Shown: one piece after another, positions 8,196 through 15,640 of the stretch | Position numbering within the stretch: the first letter of the stretch is position 1 | Layout: each line of letters starts with the position of its first letter | Assembly: GCA_043762325.1 (NCBI GenBank) | Contig: JAYUMU010000175.1 | Location: 37,083 to 101,082, forward strand | Direction of reading: 5' to 3' | Length of the DNA stretch: 64,000 bases | Source: Herminiimonas sp. | Lineage (GTDB): Bacteria; Pseudomonadota; Gammaproteobacteria; Burkholderiales; Burkholderiaceae_D | Translations under genes and position numbers: made by a program | The notes under the pieces: model-generated | Told to the model about the DNA's origin: nothing | Database searches by the model: none | What the model saw: the letters and a program-made list of their open reading frames with translations, nothing else

Positions 8196-9139
8196 CGAAA
8201 TTCCCGCTGGCGGCCGTCATCGGCGCGCCTGTTCTTGTCTGTATCGACCAGCGTTGCATGAAGCGCCGCCTGGCCGATCGTTTGTGCATGTACGGCCACC
8301 GTATCGTCGATGTTCCTGCCGTACCCACCGCCCATGGTAACCGCAACTGCAATGCCGCGGTCCCGCGCCTGTTGAAAAACCATGGCGTCGCGCGCCGCCA
8401 GGCCGGCCATGGTGAGCTTCAACCGGCCGAGACGGTCGCCCTCGTGCGGATCGGCGCCGGCCAGGAAAATGATCAGCTGGGGCGCCACCAGCGAGAACAT
8501 GTGCGCCAGCGCCGACTCCAGCGCGGCCAGGTAGGATGCGTCGCCGGTGCCATCGGGCAGGCCGACATCGAGGTCGCTGCAGGCTTTTGCAAACGGATAG
8601 TTGTGCTCGCCGTGCAGCGACAGCGTGAAGACCGACTCGTCGCGCGCCAGGATCGCCGCGGTGCCGTTGCCCTGGTGGACGTCGAGATCGACGATGGCCA
8701 CCTGCCGCACGCGGCGCTCGGCCTGCATCAGGCGCGCGGCGACGGCGCCGTCGTTGAAGACACAGAAGCCTTCGCCATGGTCGCCATGCGCATGATGCGT
8801 ACCGCCGGCCAGGTTGACGGCGACGCCGTCGGCCAATGCCGCGCGGCAGGCGGCAATGGTGGCCCCGGTGGCGCGGCGCGAGCGCTCGACCATTTCGAGC
8901 GACCAGGGAAAGCCGATCGCCCGTTGCTGTGCCGCGGTCAGTTCGCCGCCGGCCACGGCTGCGATGTAGCGCGGATCGTGCGCCAGGGCCAGCACGCCGT
9001 TGCTGGTGTGCGGCGCCTCCTGCAGCACCACGCCGGGCATTGCAGCGACCGCCTCGCGCAGCAGCCGGTATTTCTGCATCGGGAAGCGGTGGCCGGCGGG
9101 AAGTGGCAGGACGAAGTGATCGCTGTAATAGGCGTTCAT
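8192..9139 (-). CDS. Histone deacetylase-family (arginase-fold) Zn amidohydrolase
   Basis: ORF 8192..9139. Motifs present: NLAGGTHHAHGDHGEGFCVFND, VAIVDLDVHQGNGT, MGGGY. These are the HDAC/acetylpolyamine amidohydrolase active-site blocks. Confidence 0.9.
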   Translation of the reverse strand: MNAYYSDHFVLPLPAGHRFPMQKYRLLREAVAAMPGVVLQEAPHTSNGVLALAHDPRYIAAVAGGELTAAQQRAIGFPWSLEMVERSRRATGATIAACRAALADGVAVNLAGGTHHAHGDHGEGFCVFNDGAVAARLMQAERRVRQVAIVDLDVHQGNGTAAILARDESVFTLSLHGEHNYPFAKACSDLDVGLPDGTGDASYLAALESALAHMFSLVAPQLIIFLAGADPHEGDRLGRLKLTMAGLAARDAMVFQQARDRGIAVAVTMGGGYGRNIDDTVAVHAQTIGQAALHATLVDTDKNRRADDGRQREFR

Positions 9140-9268
9140 GGGAGCACGGCAGTCGGGCAGTCAGGCGGTTGGACGATCGGGAAATTGACGGCAAGTGCGG
9201 CACTTATAGCGCAAAACCACGTTTCAAAACAATAAACCGCTGTTTCGATGCATTAACAAAAAAGATTC

Positions 9269-9296
9269 TTGACAATAATTTTCCAGCTCTTAGAAT
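9269..9296 (+). promoter_or_regulatory. Putative sigma70 promoter of phaP
   Basis: TTGACA (9269-9274), a 16-nt spacer, then TAGAAT (9291-9296), about 75 nt upstream of the phaP ATG. Downstream lie TGCA-rich repeats gTTGCAgTGCACAaaag (9304-9320) and gTTGCACA (9329-9336), which are possible operator sites. Confidence 0.45.
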
Positions 9297-9371
9297 AGCG
9301 GTTGTTGCAGTGCACAAAAGTCTTACGCGTTGCACATCCGGTCAGCCAACAATCATAATCAGGAGCACTCC

Positions 9372-9935
9372 ATGTTCACATTACCCGAAGAATTCTCAGC
9401 AGCCACCAAGAGCCATTTCGAAGCGCAGCTGGCGATGATCACCGCGCTGACCAACAAGGCATTCGAAAGCGTCGAAAAGATCGTCGACCTGAACATGAAC
9501 GTCGTCAAGGCGTCCCTGGAAGAGTCCACCGTCGCCGCCCAGCAGCTCATGGCCGTCAAGGACCCGCAGGCATTCATGGCACTGACGGCAGCCCAGGCGC
9601 AGCCGACTGCAGAAAAAGCCGTGGCTTACGGCCGTCATCTGGCAAACATCGCCTCGAGCAGCCAGGCTGAATTCACCAAGGCCGCCGAAGCGCAGATCGC
9701 CGAAACCAACCGCAAGGTACTGGCGCTGGTCGAAGAAGTCACCAAGAACGCGCCGGCAGGTTCGGAGCAGATGGTCGCCATGATGAAGTCGGCGCTGGGC
9801 AATGCAAACGCCGGCTACGAGCAACTGACGAAGACCACCAAGCAGGCAGTCGAAGCGCTGGAAGGCAACCTCAACAGCGCCGTTTCCCAGTTCACGCAAG
9901 CTGCAGAAAAAACCGCGGGCCGCGGCAAGAAATAA
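9372..9935 (+). CDS. phaP: Phasin (PHA granule-associated protein)
   Basis: ORF 9330..9935 opens with TTG. I use ATG 9372, which is preceded by AGGAGC at 9361. The sequence is typical of betaproteobacterial phasins: MFTLPEEFSAATKSHFEAQLAMITALTNKAFESVEKIVDLNMNVVKASLEES, Ala/Gln-rich and helical. Confidence 0.85.
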   Translation: MFTLPEEFSAATKSHFEAQLAMITALTNKAFESVEKIVDLNMNVVKASLEESTVAAQQLMAVKDPQAFMALTAAQAQPTAEKAVAYGRHLANIASSSQAEFTKAAEAQIAETNRKVLALVEEVTKNAPAGSEQMVAMMKSALGNANAGYEQLTKTTKQAVEALEGNLNSAVSQFTQAAEKTAGRGKK

Positions 9936-10030
9936 AGCGGCTGCAGGACGCAGCGGTTCGAGTCTGCACAAAGCCGGTCACATGACCGGCCGACGCACGC
10001 GCAGCAGCTGCATCTTTCGCCATCACACGA

Positions 10031-10063
10031 AAAAGCCCGCCGACAAAATCGGCGGGCTTTTTT
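10031..10063. terminator. Bidirectional rho-independent terminator
   Basis: aaaAGCCCGCCGacaaaatCGGCGGGCTttttt: a 9-bp GC stem (10034-10042 / 10050-10058), a 7-nt loop, a T-run on the plus strand and an A-run upstream. It lies between the convergent phaP and the stress-protein gene. Confidence 0.75.
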
Positions 10064-10117
10064 ACGTCCGCATGCAGCAATCGGGCTGCAGCATGTCGTC
10101 ATCGCGCTGGCAGTGAC

Positions 10118-10909
10118 TTACTGATACACATGCTCGCCACGATGGGTCTTCCATTGCTCGGCCAGGTATTGCGCGTCTTCCGATGAGCGTGGCTGGACAC
10201 CCATCAAAATGCCGCCCTCCTGGATACCGGCTTCGTAATGCTTGACGCGCTCCTCCGGGATGCCCCAGCCGATGAGTGCGCCGAGCAGGCCACCGGTGAC
10301 GCCGCCGGCACCGGCGCCGGCCAGTGCGGCTGCCAGCGGGCCGGCAACGACCAGACCGATGCCCGGCACCACCAGCGAGGTGCCGATTGCCGCCACGGCA
10401 GCGGCAATCGCGCCCAGCGTGCCGCCGATCGCGCCACCGATGCCGGCACCCTCCGCTGCCTTGCTGCCCAGTTCGGTCTGAGCGGCGGCGTCGCCGGAAA
10501 AATGGCGCTTGCGGGTTTCATCCGACATCACCAGGTTGACGTCCTTATTGTCATAGCCGCGCGATGCAACGGATTCATAGGCGCGCTCGGCGCTTTCCCG
10601 GTCGCGAAACAGGCCGGTCAGCATGCCGGAACTGTCGCGGGCGCCGAGGCTCGATGTCGTGCCGGTCATGCCGCTGGTGGCGCTGGTGCTGCTGGCGCCA
10701 CCAGCACCGGTGCCGCCGGTCAGGCCGGCGTCCATGGTGCTGCCGGCCATGCCCGAGGTGATGTCCATGCTGTTGCCGGCGGCGCTTCCTGTCGGGGCTC
10801 CTGGCGTCGTTCCCGGCGTGGTCCCTGCCGTGCCGCCGGAAGTGCCTACCACCGTGGGTTCGGCGCCAGCGACGGTATGGGTCGTGATGGTCTCATTCGT
10901 ATTCGTCAT
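10118..10909 (-). CDS. Stress-protein-like protein with Thr/Gly-rich N-terminus and glycine-zipper hydrophobic segment
   Basis: ORF 10118..11164, with the start placed at ATG 10907-10909, preceded by AAGGAG. The N-terminal 100 aa are low complexity (TGGTAGTTPGTTPGAPTGSAAG...). Next comes FRDRESAERAYESVASRGYDNKDVNLVMSD, which from memory resembles a YflT/general-stress domain. A Gly-zipper follows (GAGIGGAIGGTLGAIAAAVAAIGTSLVVPGIGLVVAGPLAAALAGAGAGGVTGGLLGALIGWG), then a second stress-like domain. Confidence 0.6.
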   Translation of the reverse strand: MTNTNETITTHTVAGAEPTVVGTSGGTAGTTPGTTPGAPTGSAAGNSMDITSGMAGSTMDAGLTGGTGAGGASSTSATSGMTGTTSSLGARDSSGMLTGLFRDRESAERAYESVASRGYDNKDVNLVMSDETRKRHFSGDAAAQTELGSKAAEGAGIGGAIGGTLGAIAAAVAAIGTSLVVPGIGLVVAGPLAAALAGAGAGGVTGGLLGALIGWGIPEERVKHYEAGIQEGGILMGVQPRSSEDAQYLAEQWKTHRGEHVYQ

Positions 10910-11082
10910 GATCACTCCTTTGAACGTGCGATTTTCGCATCGGTGGACAGAGCGTAATGCGTGAGAATTCAGCCGCCTATAGGACAGCCGCGACAGCCGA
11001 TGTAGAACTATAGGAGTGGCATGTGCAGCAACGAATCCTGCACGCGCCCGGTGCAGGGATCGGGGAAGCGTTTTGCCGCCGC

Positions 11083-14028
11083 TTAGCCCTCGATGTGCAT
11101 GGCTTGGATCACGCGCGTGATCCGCTGCATGGCGACGTTGTCTGCCGCTGCCGGCAAGGCGCACAACTGCGCCACGCGGGTGCGTGCCGATTGTTGATCG
11201 CCTGTATTGGCGGCCCTGAAGGTCGACTGCAGGCCCGCGACCTGCAAGGCCAGACGCTCGCGCTGGAATGCGGGCGGCGACTCGAGCGCGTAGTCGACTT
11301 CCAGGCGCAGTAACGCCGCGTCGCGCGGCGCCTGATTGGTTTGCAACAGGTGGGCATGCGCTGCGTCGTTGGCTGCTGCAGCCGCAAGGGCGGCATCGAA
11401 GCGACGACGCAGTGCCTGCTCCAATTCACCGTTCGGCGCCGCCGGCTGCGGCCATCGCGTGGCCAGTGCAGCGACGGCGCCCGTGTCCTGTGCCAGCAGC
11501 AAGTGCTCGGCTTGCTGGCACAGCGCCAGGCATGCACAGACCGCTTCTGCCTGCCGCCGGGCCGCCGCCTGTTGACCAGCCACCCGGTGCGCCTCGATTG
11601 CCTGCACGGCTGCCTCGAAGCGGGCCTGCAATGTCGCCTGTGCGGCGCGTGGCACCGGGCCGGCCGCGTCCCACTGCGCCCGCGTCTCGCGCAGCAAGGC
11701 CGCACGTTGCCCCGCCGTCAACGCAACATCGGCCACGCTGCGTTCGAGCACTGCGCAAAGTTCCTGTTTCTGCGACAGGCCGGCGTTGCGCTGCGCATCT
11801 GCTGCGGCGCCGGCATTTTTTCTTTCAGTGAAAACGGCGTCGCATGCCGACCGGAAGCGCAGCCAGCTTGCCTGCTCTTCCTGGCGCGTCAGGGGAAAGG
11901 CCTTGGCGGCCTGCTGCCAACGCGCCTGGAGTGCCTGCAGGCGCTCCGGCGTATCGCGCGCCTGCGGCGGCAGTCCCGCCACCTCGTCGATCAGCGCCTG
12001 GCGCGCGGCCAGTTCTTCCTGTTGACGTGATTCAAGCTGCAGGGCCAGCGGTTGCAGCGCTTGCGCAAATGCCGCGCCGAGACGCTTGTGCTCCTTGCGT
12101 TCGATCGGCCCGAGCCGCTGCCACAGGGTGCGCACGCGCTGGGAGAAGGCGGCTAGCGAGCGCCAGTCGGTTGACTCTGCCTGTGCTGCAGGCAGGCCGG
12201 CGCCCTGCACGAATCCGGTGACTTCATCGATCAGCTCCTGCGCCTTCTGCGCATTGGCGGCGCGCTCCTGCGACAGGACGGCGAAGTGGGCTGCCACCGG
12301 CGCATAGGCCGTCGTGCAGGCGGTGTCGAAGCGCAGCCAGAGGGCGCGCGGCGCCGGGCCGGCCGAGGCATCGAGCGCACGCCAGCGTTCGCGCATGCTG
12401 CCGACTTTCTTTGCCAGTTCGGTGATCGCAAGTTCCTGCGCCGGCAGCGCCTCGACCGCGGCCAGCAATTCCTCACGCGATACCGTGCCGCCCCAGCGGG
12501 CCCAGCCTTGCAGGCGACCGAGTTCGGCGCGCGCCGCATTCAGGGCCGACTGCTGCGATGTCGTCGCCCGGCTGCCCTCCTGATCGAGGCCGCGCAGCAG
12601 CCGGTCGGCTTCCATTGCACGCTGCAGCGCGCCTTCCTCGAGCGCTGCCTGCAGGGCTTCGAGCGCCGCGGCGCGCTGCTGGCGCTGTTCTTCGGTGTCG
12701 CCGTTGCGGGCTACGGTGCTATTCGGCGCATGCGCCTGCAAACCCTCCTGCATGCTGCCGACTGTGTTGCCGGCAGCTTTGGACGCGGTACGCGCCCTTG
12801 ACGGCGGCACCGGCGCAGGCGCCGGCTTCAGGCGCGCCAGCAAGACGTCGAAACGCTGCTGCAGCGCGTCCCTGCGCACCGGGTCGGCTACGACCGGCAA
12901 GGCGCGCCAGGCCTGCTGCAGCGTTGCGATCGTTGGCAGGCCTTGCACTGCAGTTGCCTGCGGCGTGGCTGGCTCAGCGGGAGCAGCCGCCAGGTCGCCT
13001 GCGGTATCGGTTTCCGGGGTGATCGGAGCATCTGCAGCACCGGACGCGTCGGCAGTGTCAAAAATATCGGCGCTGTCGGCTACTTCGGCTACGTCGGCTA
13101 CGTCGACACTGTCGGCTTTGTCGGCTACGTCGATTTTGTCGACACTGTCGGCTCGATCGGCACTGTCGGCACTGTCGGCACTGTCGACAACGATGCCCGT
13201 CGAATCGACGGGCGCAGACGGCATCGCCGCCTGCGCCTCCCATAGATCGAGGGCGGCTTCGCGTGCGGCGATGCTGGCCGCAGCGGCATCGAGTGCGCTG
13301 CTTGCCTGCTGCAGTCGCTCATGCAGGCGCGCCAGTTCGGGCAGCAGCTGTTTGGGCAGGCTGGGCAGCTCCGCATGCTGCGTGGCTGCGGCCAGCGTGT
13401 TGCCGGCCGACTGCGCCGCGCCTGCAATCGTCGCGTGCGACGCACTCTCGTCTGCAAGAATGCCGCGCAGCTTCGCGCTCGCGTCCAGCACCATGCGCTG
13501 CAATGCGGCCTGCGCCTGCAGGCGCTGTTCGAGCCTGCGGTGCGCTGCCGTAAAGGCTGCAGCGGCTGCCGACGGTGGCGCTCCGATCGCCTGCCAGTCG
13601 CGTTCCACGGCCACCACCTGGTTTGCCCGCAATGCCGGCTCGTCGCAAAGCGATTCGGCTTGCGCCAGCACTGCCTGCGCGCGCTGGTGTGCCAGGTCCT
13701 GCTGCGCGAGGACGGCCAGGCGCTGCTGCATCAGTTTTGCGACCCGACGGTCGGTCTCGCGCATGGCCTTGTAGACCTGCTCGAGATGGCCCTTGCCGTG
13801 AACTGCTTGCGCTGCCACCAGACGCGCCTCGGCAACGCCGGATGAAAGGATGAAGCGCACGGCGGCTGCCTCGTCGCTGCCAACCGATCCTGCCTGATCG
13901 AGCGCCTGCTGGCGCAGCACCGCCGCCGGTGGCGGCGGCGGCGGTGCGGGTACCGCGACGGTGTTTTTGGTTTTTACATCCGGGGCGGTTGCAGCGGATT
14001 TCTTGCGTTTGAAAAGAAAATCGAACAT
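11083..14028 (-). CDS. Large DUF349-repeat protein (981 aa), function unknown
   Basis: ORF 11083..14028. It contains repeated modules of the type W..L.....R..LW.RF..A (for example WRALDASAGPAPRALWLRFDTACTTAY, WQQAAKAFPLTRQEEQASWLRFRSACDAVF, WDAAGPVPRAAQATLQARFEAAVQAI). These match my memory of DUF349. The protein is Ala/Gln/Arg-rich and helical, with a central acidic tandem-repeat linker. Confidence 0.75.
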   Translation of the reverse strand: MFDFLFKRKKSAATAPDVKTKNTVAVPAPPPPPPAAVLRQQALDQAGSVGSDEAAAVRFILSSGVAEARLVAAQAVHGKGHLEQVYKAMRETDRRVAKLMQQRLAVLAQQDLAHQRAQAVLAQAESLCDEPALRANQVVAVERDWQAIGAPPSAAAAAFTAAHRRLEQRLQAQAALQRMVLDASAKLRGILADESASHATIAGAAQSAGNTLAAATQHAELPSLPKQLLPELARLHERLQQASSALDAAAASIAAREAALDLWEAQAAMPSAPVDSTGIVVDSADSADSADRADSVDKIDVADKADSVDVADVAEVADSADIFDTADASGAADAPITPETDTAGDLAAAPAEPATPQATAVQGLPTIATLQQAWRALPVVADPVRRDALQQRFDVLLARLKPAPAPVPPSRARTASKAAGNTVGSMQEGLQAHAPNSTVARNGDTEEQRQQRAAALEALQAALEEGALQRAMEADRLLRGLDQEGSRATTSQQSALNAARAELGRLQGWARWGGTVSREELLAAVEALPAQELAITELAKKVGSMRERWRALDASAGPAPRALWLRFDTACTTAYAPVAAHFAVLSQERAANAQKAQELIDEVTGFVQGAGLPAAQAESTDWRSLAAFSQRVRTLWQRLGPIERKEHKRLGAAFAQALQPLALQLESRQQEELAARQALIDEVAGLPPQARDTPERLQALQARWQQAAKAFPLTRQEEQASWLRFRSACDAVFTERKNAGAAADAQRNAGLSQKQELCAVLERSVADVALTAGQRAALLRETRAQWDAAGPVPRAAQATLQARFEAAVQAIEAHRVAGQQAAARRQAEAVCACLALCQQAEHLLLAQDTGAVAALATRWPQPAAPNGELEQALRRRFDAALAAAAANDAAHAHLLQTNQAPRDAALLRLEVDYALESPPAFQRERLALQVAGLQSTFRAANTGDQQSARTRVAQLCALPAAADNVAMQRITRVIQAMHIEG
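13072..13188. repeat. 13 x 9-bp tandem repeat (NNNGTCGRC) inside the DUF349 gene
   Basis: The units read gctgtcggc tacttcggc tacgtcggc tacgtcgac actgtcggc tttgtcggc tacgtcgat tttgtcgac actgtcggc tcgatcggc actgtcggc actgtcggc actgtcgac. They are in frame and encode ...VDSADSADSADRADSVDKIDVADKADSVDVADVAEVADSAD... on the minus strand. Confidence 0.9.
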
Positions 14029-14149
14029 TGGAACCGTCAGTCATGGGCGCTGTACGCAATCGCGCATCATAGCAAGTCGGCAAGCCCAATGCGTGCAACC
14101 GTCACCCTGCACGCCTTTGGTCACATCGCCGGTGCATGTCCGGCAAAAC

Positions 14150-14164
14150 GCACCGCACGGGTGC
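14150..14164 (+). promoter_or_regulatory. Putative NtrC-type enhancer site
   Basis: GCACC-GCACG-GGTGC is a perfect inverted repeat resembling the TGCACC-N5-GGTGCA NtrC consensus. It lies about 75 nt upstream of the sigma54 element. Further GCAC half-sites occur at about 14131-14137 and 14201-14207. Confidence 0.35.
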
Positions 14165-14225
14165 GCCTGCGGCTTTGCCAGGGATGCATTCGCTGCCCGC
14201 ATGCACCAAAAGCGCGTTGTGTCGA

Positions 14226-14241
14226 TGGCACGCATTCTGCT
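14226..14241 (+). promoter_or_regulatory. Sigma54 (-24/-12) promoter of the urt-ure operon
   Basis: TGGCACgcattCTGCT compared with the consensus TGGCAC-N5-TTGCW. The GG and GC dinucleotides are at the canonical spacing. It lies 53 nt upstream of the urtA ATG. Confidence 0.6.
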
Positions 14242-14293
14242 AAAGCATTCCCTCAGAAACACCCCCCTTCATCGTTCCAGTCCAGGAGTCCAC

Positions 14294-15547
14294 ATGACCC
14301 GTCGTACCTTCTTGAAAGCCACCGCTGGTGGCGCATTGACCCTGATGATGGCAACGCCGCTGTTGCCGGCGCAGGCAGCCGACACGATCAAGGTCGGCAT
14401 CCTGCATTCGCTCTCCGGCACCATGGCCATCTCGGAAACGTCGCTCAAAGACGTCGCACTGATGACGATCGACGAGATCAATGCAAAGGGCGGCGTGATG
14501 GGCAAGAAGCTCGAAGCGGTGATCGTCGACCCGGCATCGAACTGGCCGCTGTTTGCGGAAAAGGCGCGCCAGCTGGTCGGGCAGGACAAGGTCGCCGTGG
14601 TCTTCGGCTGCTGGACATCGGTGTCGCGCAAATCGGTGCTGCCGGTCTTCAAGGAATTGAACAGCCTGCTGTTCTACCCGGTGCAGTACGAAGGCGAGGA
14701 ACTGGAAAAGAATGTCTTCTACACGGGCGCGGCGCCAAACCAGCAGGCCATTCCCGCAACCGAATACCTGATGTCGAAGGATGGCGGCGGCGCCAAGCGC
14801 TTCGTGCTGCTCGGCACCGACTATGTCTATCCGCGCACTACCAACAAGATCCTGCGCGCTTTCCTGCACAGCAAGGGCGTCAAGGACAGCGACATCGACG
14901 AGGTCTACACGCCGTTCGGCCATTCGGACTACCAGACCATCGTTGCCAACATCAAGAAGTTCTCGGCTGGCGGCAAGACGGCAGTGATCTCGACCATCAA
15001 CGGCGACTCCAACGTGCCCTTCTACAAGGAACTGGGTAACGCCGGCCTGAAGGCGACCGATGTGCCGGTGGTGGCGTTTTCGGTCGGCGAGGAAGAGCTG
15101 CGCGGCGTCGACACCAAGCCGCTGCTCGGCCACCTGGCTGCCTGGAATTATTTCGAGTCGGTCAAGAATCCGGTCAACACCGCCTTCATCAACCAGTGGA
15201 AAGCCTATGCGCTGGCCAAGAAACTGCCGAACGCCGCAACGGTGGTGACCAACGATCCGATGGAAGCGACCTACGTCGGCATCCACATGTGGAAGCAGGC
15301 AGTGGAAAAAGCCAAGTCGACCGACACCGACAAGGTCATTGCAGCAATGGCCGGCCAGACCTTCAAGGCGCCGTCCGGCTTCGAGCTGATGATGGACCCG
15401 ACCAACCACCACCTGCACAAGCCGGTGATGATCGGCGAGATCAAGGGTGACGGCCAGTTCAACGTCGTGTGGAAGACCAAGACCGCGGTACGCGCCCAGC
15501 CATGGAGCCCTTACATCGCCGGCAACGAAGGCAAGCAAAAGCTCTGA
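14294..15547 (+). CDS. urtA: Urea ABC transporter substrate-binding protein
   Basis: ORF 13961..15547, with the start at ATG 14294 preceded by AGGAG. A Tat-like signal peptide is present (MTRRTFLKATAGGALTLMMATPLLPAQA). The mature sequence ADTIKVGILHSLSGTMAISETSLKD...GCWTSVSRKSVLPVF...YTGAAPNQQ is characteristic of UrtA. Confidence 0.95.
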   Translation: MTRRTFLKATAGGALTLMMATPLLPAQAADTIKVGILHSLSGTMAISETSLKDVALMTIDEINAKGGVMGKKLEAVIVDPASNWPLFAEKARQLVGQDKVAVVFGCWTSVSRKSVLPVFKELNSLLFYPVQYEGEELEKNVFYTGAAPNQQAIPATEYLMSKDGGGAKRFVLLGTDYVYPRTTNKILRAFLHSKGVKDSDIDEVYTPFGHSDYQTIVANIKKFSAGGKTAVISTINGDSNVPFYKELGNAGLKATDVPVVAFSVGEEELRGVDTKPLLGHLAAWNYFESVKNPVNTAFINQWKAYALAKKLPNAATVVTNDPMEATYVGIHMWKQAVEKAKSTDTDKVIAAMAGQTFKAPSGFELMMDPTNHHLHKPVMIGEIKGDGQFNVVWKTKTAVRAQPWSPYIAGNEGKQKL

Positions 15548-15555
15548 GCACCGTC

Positions 15556-15640
15556 GCTGACCCCGATTTCCGATTCATGAAATCGCCATGAAATCGGGGT
15601 CAGAGTGCGATTTGATTAAAAATAAATGGGGTCAGAGTCA
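15556..15640. repeat. REP-like palindromic element in the urtA-urtB spacer
   Basis: Perfect 14-bp inverted repeat CTGACCCCGATTTC (15557-15570) / GAAATCGGGGTCAG (15590-15603). The internal direct repeat catgaaatcg occurs twice. The direct repeat GGGGTCAGAGT occurs at 15596-15606 and 15628-15638. It shares the 13-nt core CGCTGACCCCGAT with the ureF-ureG spacer. Confidence 0.7.

Noticed and set aside
6796-8352. 518-aa ORF suggesting a large fusion protein.
   Set aside because: Only the last 164 aa (thioesterase) are meaningful. The upstream part is the out-of-frame shadow of the EamA gene, which is well supported in its own frame.
8180-9235. 351-aa plus ORF and 328-aa alternative minus-frame ORF (8217..9203) over the HDAC-like gene.
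   Set aside because: Only the 8192..9139 frame carries the HDAC active-site blocks and the ATGA coupling to the next gene.
13072-13188. Tandem repeat considered as a possible CRISPR-like or minisatellite array.
   Set aside because: The units are only 9 bp, contiguous without spacers, and in frame within a long ORF. It is a coding tandem repeat, not CRISPR.
12695-13774. 359-aa plus-strand ORF inside the DUF349 gene (Ser/Ala/Cys-rich).
   Set aside because: It is antisense to the 981-aa ORF, which has periodic DUF349-type modules. The Ser/Ala/Cys richness is the complement of the Ala/Asp/Ser repeat region.
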